A stretch of 64,000 nt of DNA from IMG/VR virus record IMGVR_UViG_3300024351_000013; one strand, given 5' to 3'. Positions 18,405 to 27,996 of the stretch are shown here, piece by piece; position 1 is the first letter of the stretch, and each line of letters begins with the position of its first letter. Both the position numbers and the translations under genes were made by a program. The notes under the pieces were generated by a model. It was not told the DNA's origin. It did no database searches and saw nothing but the letters and a program-made list of their open reading frames with translations. Origin of the DNA: a virus (taxonomy: Duplodnaviria > Caudoviricetes).

Positions 18405-19055
18405 TTACAATGAATTTAAAAACTCATCGAACAAGGATAACTTGTATTCTTCAAGGATACCCTGATCAACTAAAGTATTTATTCTACGTTTAGTGTTTTC
18501 CGCTACCTTCTCTCTAAGAATACCACCATCCCAAATCCACTCCTTTCCTTCCATGATTCCTTGAACAAAGGCATCAGGTGCTGAAGGATCTGCTACAATA
18601 TCAGCAGCAGTTGCAAGCATAAAGTCTTCACCAACTTCTCTATAACCTTTTTGATTCTCTCTTAAAGAACCAATACCACGAGAAGAAACGCCAAGGCAAA
18701 CACCTTCTTTAAGAAGAGATTCTGCAATTTTGCCCATTGGAGTTGAAAGGATTTGTGCCTTACCAATGAAATTATTGCCCTCTTGATGGAGTTCAGTAAT
18801 CTTGTGAGAAACTCTATCAAGGTTTACGGTTGGTCCATCTGGGTGCCCAAGTTCACCGAGAGCACGACCTTTTTGAACATAGTTTTCGTTATAACGATTG
18901 ACTTCCCTTTCCATGATTGAAAAAGGATAAAGTCTACCGTTGCGATTTACGCATTCACTTTGAAGGAAAATTCCTTTAATAAACATTGATTTTTTACCGT
19001 TTACATTTTCGGTAATAACTTCAACCTTTTCGATTTCTTCTCTGATTAGTTTCAT
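18405..19055 (-). CDS. gp21: Prohead protease (T4 gp21)
   Basis: GIFLQ..NRNGRLYP, ALGELGHP, GVSSRGIGSL, DIVADPSAPDAFV. Confidence 0.96.
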   Translation of the reverse strand: MKLIREEIEKVEVITENVNGKKSMFIKGIFLQSECVNRNGRLYPFSIMEREVNRYNENYVQKGRALGELGHPDGPTVNLDRVSHKITELHQEGNNFIGKAQILSTPMGKIAESLLKEGVCLGVSSRGIGSLRENQKGYREVGEDFMLATAADIVADPSAPDAFVQGIMEGKEWIWDGGILREKVAENTKRRINTLVDQGILEEYKLSLFDEFLNSL

Positions 19056-19060
19056 TTTTC

Positions 19061-19327
19061 TTAGTTGGTAAATCCTACTTTGGAAGCTTTAATTGCGGAT
19101 GATGTCCAAATAACATCATTTGGAAACTTTTCCAAAAACTCTACGGCGTAACTTGGCATAGTGAAGAAATTTGTTGTTGCTGCACCAACCATTGTGGAAA
19201 CGCCTACCGTAACAAGACTTCCAGTGTCATTACAAAGTCTCACGCAGGTTGCACTACTAATACTTGATGCTGTACCAGCAGTAGTTCCTGTAGTTACTTC
19301 AGATTCAATTATTTTAGTTCTTTGCAT
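19061..19327 (-). CDS. Small hypothetical, probably virion protein
   Basis: T/S-rich beta-type ORF with its own late promoter motif (19352-19358). Confidence 0.7.
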   Translation of the reverse strand: MQRTKIIESEVTTGTTAGTASSISSATCVRLCNDTGSLVTVGVSTMVGAATTNFFTMPSYAVEFLEKFPNDVIWTSSAIKASKVGFTN

Positions 19328-19363
19328 TTGTATAATAAAGACTTTATTAGTTATTTATTATTA

Positions 19364-20947
19364 TTAGTCTTCCACATAAATGAACGAAGCACTAGCAGCA
19401 GTAATATTAGATGTTGATGAAATTACTGCGGTTATAAAATTATTTGGTGGAACATGAAGTCCAATTTCTGATAAATCAACATCAATCGTTGAGTTGTCTG
19501 ATACATGGAAAGCAGCAACAGCAGGAATTGGTTGTGCTGCTAAAGTAAATAATCCAGTACTATCCTGAGTTGCATAAAGTGATGCATTAAAATCACTTTG
19601 AGTAGTCCATCTCAAATAATTTGTAAGAACTGGGTTCCAATATATACGAATAACTGCTGGGTCTCCTGTTGTATTTACTGATGCAGTAAGTCTTCTGGGA
19701 AGTAAATCTCTGGTATTAATCTTACCTTGATAGACTAGTTTATTCTTAAGAGAAATGAGATGATATAAAGAACCAGGAATGTTCATACTATCATTTCTGG
19801 TTGTAGTCACTGAATATGGAAGTTTTGTTCTTTCAACAATACCTTCAATTGCTCCCATAAAAGAAGAACCTCTACAAGTAACAACACCCACACCATTATT
19901 CAAATTTGCAGCAACATATCCAATCTTCATTGATGGATTTGCTAGGTGTGGTAGTTCGTTTCTATTAGAATAGTGCTCGTTATGGAAGAAAATCATATCC
20001 CCATTTAGAGGATTTTCAATCGCATATCTAATCTCACCAGCACCTAACCAACGGAAGTTGATTTGATATACATTTAACTTAGATGGGTCTAGAGTAATAC
20101 CAGAGTATCCAGTTCCATCAAGTTTATCTAAATTAAAATCTTCTTGGAAAGTCCAGTTTTCTGTTTGTACTACACCTGCCTGTTCTATTTGATTTGTAAA
20201 AGATGCTGGTGCGGTGCTTGTGATATTAAAAGTTCCAGTTTGAGGTCCAAGAGATGTTGCTAAAAATCTTAATCTTGATTGATCATACTCAACCAACCAT
20301 AAAGCATTAAAGAGTGCTTGTGCTCTTAATCCTTGTACGAGTTGAGAAAGATTTCCTGCAAGTGTTCCTGAATTTACTGTTACTGCAGTGAAAGATGTTC
20401 CATTGAGAGTGACTGTTACATCTCCATTATCAAGTGTAGTAAAGTCAAATCCTTGAATTCTTGCCTTACCACCATTAGCACGAAGCACACCAAACTTTCC
20501 ATTGGTATGTGCATATCCAATTTGAATTGCTTGTTCTTGATTGAATAGTCCTGCTCTTTGTGTAAATCCTACTGGGTTATTTGAGAACGAACCAGTAAAT
20601 CTGCAAACAACACCTTGTCCTGGACGATATCTGATAAAGTTAGTGCTTCTGATTACACCATAAGAATTTGCAGAAGAACCAGCACCAACTATGAATGTGG
20701 AGTTTGCATGAGTAGCAACTCCTGTTGCACTAAATGTAAATGTCTCAAACTCTCTTGGGTCTAATCCATAGACAGCATCTGCCTGAATTTTTGGTGTGAT
20801 TGTGATTGAAATATTTTCACCAAAGGCAGACTTGGAACAAGCACTCTCATTTAGAATATTTCCATACTCATCAGCACGGAGATAAACCTCATGCAAAGTT
20901 CTTTCTTGATTTAGATAGTCTTGTGTAGTCTTATTCCACTGAGCCAT
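19364..20947 (-). CDS. Hypothetical virion structural protein, 527 aa
   Basis: Long beta-rich ORF (RYRPGQG, YQINFRWLGAG) in the head operon between gp20 and gp21. Confidence 0.7.
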   Translation of the reverse strand: MAQWNKTTQDYLNQERTLHEVYLRADEYGNILNESACSKSAFGENISITITPKIQADAVYGLDPREFETFTFSATGVATHANSTFIVGAGSSANSYGVIRSTNFIRYRPGQGVVCRFTGSFSNNPVGFTQRAGLFNQEQAIQIGYAHTNGKFGVLRANGGKARIQGFDFTTLDNGDVTVTLNGTSFTAVTVNSGTLAGNLSQLVQGLRAQALFNALWLVEYDQSRLRFLATSLGPQTGTFNITSTAPASFTNQIEQAGVVQTENWTFQEDFNLDKLDGTGYSGITLDPSKLNVYQINFRWLGAGEIRYAIENPLNGDMIFFHNEHYSNRNELPHLANPSMKIGYVAANLNNGVGVVTCRGSSFMGAIEGIVERTKLPYSVTTTRNDSMNIPGSLYHLISLKNKLVYQGKINTRDLLPRRLTASVNTTGDPAVIRIYWNPVLTNYLRWTTQSDFNASLYATQDSTGLFTLAAQPIPAVAAFHVSDNSTIDVDLSEIGLHVPPNNFITAVISSTSNITAASASFIYVED

Positions 20948-20950
20948 AAA

Positions 20951-21271
20951 TTAGTCAATCCATTCTAATTTTGATGGGTGATATCGTCTTGCGTTTCTAA
21001 TGTTTAAATTTTTTTCTTCTGTGGGATATATTTGTTGAACTACTGCCCCCGGATAATTACTTTGCAGTTGTTCTCCCAAATCTCTTTTGGATGGAATTCC
21101 ATTTTTAGTCATTAATTCCATCCGATATAAGCTCCCTTGCCACAAAACATCTGCAATATACTCTTCACCAACCTGCTGTGGTTGTTCTGATTGAGAATTA
21201 ATGTAAAGGTTTCCAGTAAAATCACCAGCAATATTAACTGATTCAGATATAAATTGCTTGAATGATTTCAT
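20951..21271 (-). CDS. Hypothetical protein with internal-protein-like N-terminus MKSFKQFISE
   Basis: N-terminus resembles the T4 IP capsid-targeting peptide. Confidence 0.7.
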   Translation of the reverse strand: MKSFKQFISESVNIAGDFTGNLYINSQSEQPQQVGEEYIADVLWQGSLYRMELMTKNGIPSKRDLGEQLQSNYPGAVVQQIYPTEEKNLNIRNARRYHPSKLEWID

Positions 21272-21272
21272 A

Positions 21273-21431
21273 TTATTCCTCTTCTGTTTCGCTATTAAAC
21301 ATTGCGTTTGCTACAGCAGGACGAAAATCGTCAATCTTTTCTGCAGACTTGTTAAAAAGTAGTTCTTTAATTTTATCGCTGATTTGTGAAGGTGACTGAT
21401 CACCCACAATCATATCCATAAGTTCATCCAT
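21273..21431 (-). CDS. Small acidic protein after the portal gene (position of T4 gp67/gp68), 52 aa
   Basis: Hand translation MDELMDMIVGDQSPSQISDKIKELLFNKSAEKIDDFRPAVANAMFNSETEEE*; TATAAATA late promoter at 21458-21465. Below the ORF-track cutoff. Confidence 0.75.
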   Translation of the reverse strand: MDELMDMIVGDQSPSQISDKIKELLFNKSAEKIDDFRPAVANAMFNSETEEE

Positions 21432-21457
21432 TTTAATAACCTATAAGTAATCGTTTT

Positions 21458-21465
21458 TATTTATA
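21458..21465 (-). promoter_or_regulatory. Perfect late promoter TATAAATA
   Basis: TATTTATA on + strand overlapping the gp20 stop. Confidence 0.75.
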
Positions 21466-23149
21466 TTTCGCCCCCCTTGGGCATTTCCATTGCCTTTGTA
21501 CTTGGTTCCATTGGAGCAGCATTAATTTCTGGTTCCATTACTGGTTGACCCAAATCCATTCCAGCAGTTCCTTGCTCCATTCCTGGTTGGATTGGCATTC
21601 CTGTCATAGGATCGACTGGTGCAGATGGATCTGGAATAATCCCATCTTCTATTTCTTTCTTGATAATTTTATCTTGCTCAATAATTTCTTCATCAGTTTG
21701 GCGAAGAATTTTGCGACGAACATAGTCTTGAGAAAAATACTTCCCAACATATGGTTCTGCAATTTGAACCATACCGAGTCTTTCATTTAGCAACTCAGCA
21801 TCCTTAAGTTCTGCAAAGTGGTTATCATATAGGAAGTCATATTGAATATGTTCTTCCATAATATTCCAATCTTCAGGAGTTATAATATTCTTTAAGATTA
21901 ATTGTGTTCTCAGCATATCGTGGAACATGTATGAGAATCTCTTTCTCAAACGAGAAACGAACTTACTGAACTTAACTTCATCTCTTAGAATTTCGGATGA
22001 ACGACCAAGATTAAATCCACCTTCTCCATCCATTCTTGATGGGGGAACATTTAAAGAACGATAGAGTTTTTTCTTGAAGTACTCAATGTCAGTAATTTCT
22101 CCAAGATTTTGCCCACCCGGAAGAGTTGTGATTTCAGTTCCTCTACCACCTTCACGACGAGGGAGCCAAAAATCCTCAAGCATTGCCATGAACTTTTTGT
22201 CATCACGAATTTCGCCTGTATTTGCGTCATAGACAAGTTTGTTACGATAGCGCATCATAACATCACGAAGATATTGTTCCGCTTTTACCTTGGGAAGATT
22301 GCCCACATCAATGTAGAAAATTCTTCTTTCTGGCGCTCTTGATAAACGATAAATTACCAAAGAGTCCTCAATCATTCTTAATTGATTGAGTGATTTAATT
22401 GCTTTATGAAGATATGACAGTGTTGATCCTTTGTTTCTATCGACAAGACCGGAAGTGCAGTATGTGATAGAATCTTTGGACATTTTGATACCCTGAGAAC
22501 CTCCCATAGAAGAAGGATTTCCTGTTGGATATGTCATTTTTGGATTATAAATGAAATATTCCTCAATCTGAGGAAACTCAAAATCCATTGGATTATCTGT
22601 ATTAATATTTGATAATCTATACTTATCTTTCTCAGTTTTTTTCTGCTGTCTTACATACCGCATTTTCATGGGGTCAATATAACGAAGTTCTTGAATTCCT
22701 TCGTGAGGATTCTTCAAATCAATTATTTTATGATAATATAATCTGCCATCAACATACCAATTTCTATAAATTTCATGGGACTTTTTATCAAAGTCGAGCA
22801 ATGATAAAATATGTTTAAATTCTTGCCTTATTTTCTTCTTAATTCCATCACTCGCATTCAGATTGTCTAAGTCAATTTGGATGGGAGTATCATTTGTATC
22901 CGAGACAATCGCTTCATTTACAATATCTTCAATAGCACTATCACACTCTGGATGTAATGCCATCTCACGATATCTTTTAATTAAATCAAACTCTGTTCTA
23001 TAAACACCTTCAATATCAACATAAGAACCAAAAAAACCACTACTCAAGTAGTGGTCAGACGAGTCCTCGTTATTAGGAGGAACTGGACTGACCACTCCCG
23101 GAGACAGTGGTTCTTTATCCTCAATAGAGAATCCAAATAGTCTTGCCAT
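21461..23149 (-). CDS. gp20: Portal vertex protein (T4 gp20)
   Basis: HPECDSAIEDIVNEAI, WYVDGR, EDSLVIYRLSRAPERRIFYIDVGNLP, EDFWLPRREGGRGTEI. Confidence 0.97.
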   Translation of the reverse strand: MARLFGFSIEDKEPLSPGVVSPVPPNNEDSSDHYLSSGFFGSYVDIEGVYRTEFDLIKRYREMALHPECDSAIEDIVNEAIVSDTNDTPIQIDLDNLNASDGIKKKIRQEFKHILSLLDFDKKSHEIYRNWYVDGRLYYHKIIDLKNPHEGIQELRYIDPMKMRYVRQQKKTEKDKYRLSNINTDNPMDFEFPQIEEYFIYNPKMTYPTGNPSSMGGSQGIKMSKDSITYCTSGLVDRNKGSTLSYLHKAIKSLNQLRMIEDSLVIYRLSRAPERRIFYIDVGNLPKVKAEQYLRDVMMRYRNKLVYDANTGEIRDDKKFMAMLEDFWLPRREGGRGTEITTLPGGQNLGEITDIEYFKKKLYRSLNVPPSRMDGEGGFNLGRSSEILRDEVKFSKFVSRLRKRFSYMFHDMLRTQLILKNIITPEDWNIMEEHIQYDFLYDNHFAELKDAELLNERLGMVQIAEPYVGKYFSQDYVRRKILRQTDEEIIEQDKIIKKEIEDGIIPDPSAPVDPMTGMPIQPGMEQGTAGMDLGQPVMEPEINAAPMEPSTKAMEMPKGGEI

Positions 23150-23184
23150 AATTTATTTTTTGTTCTTTGCCTTTTGACTATTTA

Positions 23185-23769
23185 TCAAGCTTTAGATGCG
23201 GTTGCTCCGCTAATAATTTCGTAAGACTGAACTTGGAATTCCACAGTAAATTCTTCAATAGTATCTCCACTATCATATGAAAGATCAATGTTAGAAACAC
23301 TTGTTGGGAAAATGTCAACAAACTTATAAGCAGCTAAGATAGAACTGTCCGAACCTGCGTTAGTGGTACTATTTACTGTAGCACCTCTTCCAAGTTGATA
23401 GACAGTTGCATTGCTCATATAAGCTGCTGGATTTGTCGCTCCAAGGTTATTATCAAGTTTTGCAATAAGTTCACTCCATGCTTCAAATGCTCTTCTAAGT
23501 TTGAAGTCTTCGTCGTTGATGATGGTTACTGTCCAAGCATCAATGCTTCTATCTCCTGCAACTTTAAATGTTCTTCCTCTAAAAGGAACATCAATTGCTG
23601 CAATATTTGATGCCGGTAAAGCGGCTGCTTTACATAGATACTTGAATTTATCTGCGTCCCAAGAAATTCCAGATGGAAAAGTTGTCAATTCAACTTCAAA
23701 TAGATTGGGACGAGCACCACCACCACTTAGAGCACTCTTAAATTGAGAGATTGTCTTGAGTCTTGCCAC
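23185..23769 (-). CDS. gp19: Tail tube protein (T4 gp19)
   Basis: GGARPNLFEV, VPFRGR..KVAGDR, IEEFTVEFQV; late promoter motif at 23791-23797. Confidence 0.96.
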   Translation of the reverse strand: MARLKTISQFKSALSGGGARPNLFEVELTTFPSGISWDADKFKYLCKAAALPASNIAAIDVPFRGRTFKVAGDRSIDAWTVTIINDEDFKLRRAFEAWSELIAKLDNNLGATNPAAYMSNATVYQLGRGATVNSTTNAGSDSSILAAYKFVDIFPTSVSNIDLSYDSGDTIEEFTVEFQVQSYEIISGATASKA

Positions 23770-23807
23770 GGTTCGTTACCTCCTTAAGGTTATTTATTGA
23801 ATAATAA

Positions 23808-26015
23808 TCAAACAGTACCTGCAACTTCTTCAAAACTTACACCTGTGCGTGTAGCAACAAAGGTGAGAGTTACATAATTAATAGACTTAGCTGGTTTCAG
23901 GAAGATATCTGCTCTGAATTCGTTATTGTCAATAACGTCAGGAGTATTGTTTGTTGTATCACAAACAACTAAGAAACCGTACAGACCTCTCTTCGCTTGA
24001 ATATCGCGTAGATATGGTTCTACAATATTCTTAAAGTTTGCTCTTGTCAGTTCATCATTTAATTCGAATAGTTGAGCTTGTGCTGCGCTCTGTAGTGCTT
24101 GTTCAATTGTTAAGAATAAGCGACGAACATTAATTCTATCAAATGCTGATGCATATCCAAGTGCTGTCTTATCTCCAAAGAGAAGAGTTCCGATTCCAGG
24201 TTGAGTAATGACTGCATTAATTCTTGCTGGATATAGTTGGTCTCTTTGTGCTTTACTTGGGTTATATGCCAACTTAATTGCATTATTAATGATTCCTCGT
24301 TGCTGACCAGCAGGTGAGAACCAAGGATATGCAATGATATTAGTGCGACACATTAACCCAGCAATATCAGCGTTGCATGGAATATATACAAACTTATTAT
24401 TAAATCTATCATAAGTGTACTTATATCCACTATCAAATATTGCATATGATGAAGAAGACCCAACAGAGTTAAAGTACTTGATTAGATTTGTTGTCTGAGT
24501 AGTAGAATTGCTTTGTCCAATTAGATTTCCTCTATGAGGTCCAATTACAGCAACACAATCCTTTCTCTGACCTGCAATTGAAATCAGATATTGTGCTTTT
24601 GCGATTGAATCATTTTCATCGGTTAGTCCAGGACCCATGATTAAATAATCAACCTGAACATCGTCTTTGTTTGAGAATAGATTGTACGAAGTTTGCAAGT
24701 CTGCAAGAGTCACTGCCATTGAACCATTGGCACCATAATCTTGTCCGCCATTTAATGCATAAGTTACATTACCTACTGCACTAAATGTTACATCTTGTGC
24801 ATTTTGACCCCAATCACCTTTAGATGGTGAATTCTCTGTTACATTAGGAATAAATGCTTGAGTAGTTCCATCAGCTTTAGTGAATGAAACTGCCCTTGGT
24901 GCTGTTCTCCAATATCCATCGGCAGCAGATGATGGAGATTTGCCTGCATAGATTTGTGACGAGTAATCTGCCAAGAATTGCTTATAGTAAATTCTTTGTG
25001 GCGAATTTACTGCCGAAATAGCATCAAGTGCTTTTGATAGACCAACATGCTTTTCAAGAATAGTCCCTGGATTTTGGGTGATTGTTCCCTTATCATCAAC
25101 AACTACTACGTGAATACCATCACCTTTACCATTTCTGTTTAAAGCGTGAATAGATGTGGTTGGTTTTGGTGCAATTGAACTCCAGAAAATAGTGCTATTT
25201 TCTAGACCAAGTTTTTGTTGATTATACCAATCAGAAACAGATACTGAATTGAGGTTTCCTTGATATGAACCCGAACCGTCAATGAAGTTTAATGTTTGTG
25301 TTCCTTTAAATGCAGCAAATTCGGTCCCTTCTGCATAATCAATTTTTGTTTCTGTTCCTCCACTGGAAACTCTTGAAACAACTTTAACAGTGATGGAGCT
25401 ATTGCTACCAGTTACTGCAGTTGTTACTCCAGTGATAATTCCTTTTAGATATCCGGTAAAAGTTCCAGATCCTGGAATTGAAATGCCATTTAAGTTAGCT
25501 GTCACGCCATATCCAATAGCGACACCATCAGAAGACAAATCTGAGGATGTTACATTGATGACCTGATCTGCTAAATCATCAATTACACAAACTTTCAGAC
25601 CATTTGCCCAAGTTCCTGGATTTTTTGCTGCGTATGTAAAATTCTGAGCTTCTGTATGCTCCGCGTTGTAATCATCATAGTTATCAATGTCTAAAGATGC
25701 AGTGGATCCAATTCCAACTCCAGCGTTAGCATTGTTTAAGTTTGGTGATTTAGTTCTAATAACTTTTAGAACACCACCATATGAAAGATAGGATGATGCA
25801 CTCATCCAATATTCATACTGGTTATCATTTTGTGATGGTTTTCCGAAAGTATTGATTAAATCCTGCTCTGTTGCAATATCAACAGCGTAGTTTACAGGAC
25901 CAATTGGAAAAGGGCCAGCAATCGCACCAATATTATCTAAAACATTATCAGCTCTTCCTACTGTTAAGTCAACCTCTCTGACGAGTACGCCTGGAGATAA
26001 TTGAGGAGTCGCCAT
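23808..26015 (-). CDS. gp18: Tail sheath protein (T4 gp18)
   Basis: SPGVLVREVDLT, PWFSPAG..RG, DRINVRRLF, FRADIFLKPAKSINYVTLTF; late promoter motif at 26051-26057. Confidence 0.97.
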   Translation of the reverse strand: MATPQLSPGVLVREVDLTVGRADNVLDNIGAIAGPFPIGPVNYAVDIATEQDLINTFGKPSQNDNQYEYWMSASSYLSYGGVLKVIRTKSPNLNNANAGVGIGSTASLDIDNYDDYNAEHTEAQNFTYAAKNPGTWANGLKVCVIDDLADQVINVTSSDLSSDGVAIGYGVTANLNGISIPGSGTFTGYLKGIITGVTTAVTGSNSSITVKVVSRVSSGGTETKIDYAEGTEFAAFKGTQTLNFIDGSGSYQGNLNSVSVSDWYNQQKLGLENSTIFWSSIAPKPTTSIHALNRNGKGDGIHVVVVDDKGTITQNPGTILEKHVGLSKALDAISAVNSPQRIYYKQFLADYSSQIYAGKSPSSAADGYWRTAPRAVSFTKADGTTQAFIPNVTENSPSKGDWGQNAQDVTFSAVGNVTYALNGGQDYGANGSMAVTLADLQTSYNLFSNKDDVQVDYLIMGPGLTDENDSIAKAQYLISIAGQRKDCVAVIGPHRGNLIGQSNSTTQTTNLIKYFNSVGSSSSYAIFDSGYKYTYDRFNNKFVYIPCNADIAGLMCRTNIIAYPWFSPAGQQRGIINNAIKLAYNPSKAQRDQLYPARINAVITQPGIGTLLFGDKTALGYASAFDRINVRRLFLTIEQALQSAAQAQLFELNDELTRANFKNIVEPYLRDIQAKRGLYGFLVVCDTTNNTPDVIDNNEFRADIFLKPAKSINYVTLTFVATRTGVSFEEVAGTV

Positions 26016-26099
26016 GTTTTTCTCCGTAAAGTCTCAGTTTATCTAAAAAATATTTATTAAAAATATACTTTACATAGGGGAAACTGGAAGTGAACACAC

Positions 26100-26330
26100 T
26101 TACCAGTCAGGATATTCCCATGGAAGTGGTTTTGGTAATTTTTTTCTTCTATTTTTTATCCTTTTTACGGTACATTCTTTGCATTCATACGAATATGAAG
26201 ATGATACTGGTCCCCTATCTTTACGTGTTCTATAAAAACTATCTACTAAATTTTTTATTTCACCACATGTTCTACATCTTCTATCCGAAAGAAGTAAATG
26301 TCCTAGGTTTAATTGTTTATCTAAGTCCAT
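26100..26330 (-). CDS. Small zinc-finger protein (CxxC...CxxC) between gp17 and gp18
   Basis: RRCRTCGEIK...YECKEC; resembles the N-terminal zinc domain of endonuclease VII-like proteins without the nuclease domain. Confidence 0.7.
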   Translation of the reverse strand: MDLDKQLNLGHLLLSDRRCRTCGEIKNLVDSFYRTRKDRGPVSSSYSYECKECTVKRIKNRRKKLPKPLPWEYPDW

Positions 26331-27979
26331 TACGATAGATAATCCCACATGTAAGAACGATCTCCATACTCATCAACAAACCATCTATCACCGTCATTAT
26401 CAACAAAACTATTGCTATCTAATCCATCGGATATAAATCCAAAAGGAGACATGTCCTGTTCGATTTGATTTTTTTGTTCTTCGTATAATCTTTTTCTTAC
26501 ATCTTGATCGGTCAATTCTTTAAAATAATCCTGAGCAACCAACCAAGCATATATTACCAGACACATTGCAAGGTCGTCGTTGCACCCCTCTTCTGCTTCA
26601 AAAGAGTTGTGTTTCTGAATAAATGTGGTAAGCTCTGAAATAATTTCGTAGTCATTGAGAAAGAGTTTACTTTCTTCAATCATTGTCTTGAGGTTTAGAC
26701 ATCCAACTTTTTTCACAGTTTTGGACATCTTGACGCCAAGTTGAGTTTTCTTTCCAGAAAATCCTTGCCCAACAATTTGACCTGCTCTACCTCTCATAGA
26801 ACACATGAGAAGATTATTATATTCCAAGTCATATTGAAGGATACTTGCTACTTGGTCTCCAACATCATTAACCTCACATAAAATATAGGAATTATTATAT
26901 GCTGTTGCTGCCTCGTGAATTATGCTGGGGAAAAGCATAGGTTTGATTTCATTGTTCCTATATTTGGCAACAACTTTATGGGGAAATTCTGTTATATCAA
27001 TAACAGTAAATGCAGAGTAATCATTCCCTACGCCTCTAGCAACATCCACAGTGATGAGGTAATCATGATTCTCCTCTGGGTCCACATAAACATCCAAACC
27101 CGCACTACGGGTCTTGGGGGCATCGTAGACGAGCGTTCTGAGTTTGGATGGTGCAATAAGAGTATCGACAGAACCTAAGAATTCGCATTCAAACTCAACT
27201 TTGAATTGTTGGTCGGAAGTGTTTGCAATAGTTTGCTTCTTCCACTCCTCATCTCTTCCCGGTACTTCACTCCAATGAACATCTGTAAATACATATTCAT
27301 TCTTACCTTTTTCGGCATCATGCCACATTCGGTAGAAGTGATTCATACCGTGTGGAGTGGATACAATTATAACTTTGGTTTGTTTACCAGAAGTAATAGT
27401 AGGATAAACAGATGCAAAGAAGGAATCTGCGATATGGTTTGGAACGAAAGCGAATTCATCGAGAAAGAGGATATTGAACGACATGCCTCGGACAGCACTT
27501 GCAGATGTAGAAGCTGCCAATATCTTACTGCCATTTTCTAACTCCAATGATCCTTTATTCCAGGATATAATACCTTGCTGCATCCACTTGGGAAGATTCT
27601 CATAAGCAGTTTGTAACCTATCTAAAAGTTCTCTTGCTGTTGCTGCTTTGTTTGCAAGAATGCCAATATTTACATTATCATTAAATACCGCATAATGTAA
27701 TAGAAAAGATACTACAGTGGTTGATTTTCCCGTCTGTCGTGGCATCTTGCAGATATTAAATCTGTGATTGTGGAAGTTATTAATTAACTTCTCTTGAAAA
27801 TGATATGGTTTAAATGTTTGAAGACCATGATCCAGAGTTACAATTTTTACATAATTGTTTGCAAAGTAAACTGGGTCATCTTTACACTTCACAAATTCAA
27901 GAATCTGTTCTTGAGTAAATTCGATAGGGGTATTTGCTTTTTTTAAAAGCGGATTACCAAGATAAACATCATTTGGCAT
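26330..27979 (-). CDS. gp17: Terminase large subunit (T4 gp17)
   Basis: YLGNPLLK, PRQTGKST, LFLDEFAF, VSTPHG, DVARG, DDLAM. Confidence 0.97.
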   Translation of the reverse strand: MPNDVYLGNPLLKKANTPIEFTQEQILEFVKCKDDPVYFANNYVKIVTLDHGLQTFKPYHFQEKLINNFHNHRFNICKMPRQTGKSTTVVSFLLHYAVFNDNVNIGILANKAATARELLDRLQTAYENLPKWMQQGIISWNKGSLELENGSKILAASTSASAVRGMSFNILFLDEFAFVPNHIADSFFASVYPTITSGKQTKVIIVSTPHGMNHFYRMWHDAEKGKNEYVFTDVHWSEVPGRDEEWKKQTIANTSDQQFKVEFECEFLGSVDTLIAPSKLRTLVYDAPKTRSAGLDVYVDPEENHDYLITVDVARGVGNDYSAFTVIDITEFPHKVVAKYRNNEIKPMLFPSIIHEAATAYNNSYILCEVNDVGDQVASILQYDLEYNNLLMCSMRGRAGQIVGQGFSGKKTQLGVKMSKTVKKVGCLNLKTMIEESKLFLNDYEIISELTTFIQKHNSFEAEEGCNDDLAMCLVIYAWLVAQDYFKELTDQDVRKRLYEEQKNQIEQDMSPFGFISDGLDSNSFVDNDGDRWFVDEYGDRSYMWDYLS

Positions 27980-27996
27980 AATAAATCAACTCCAAA

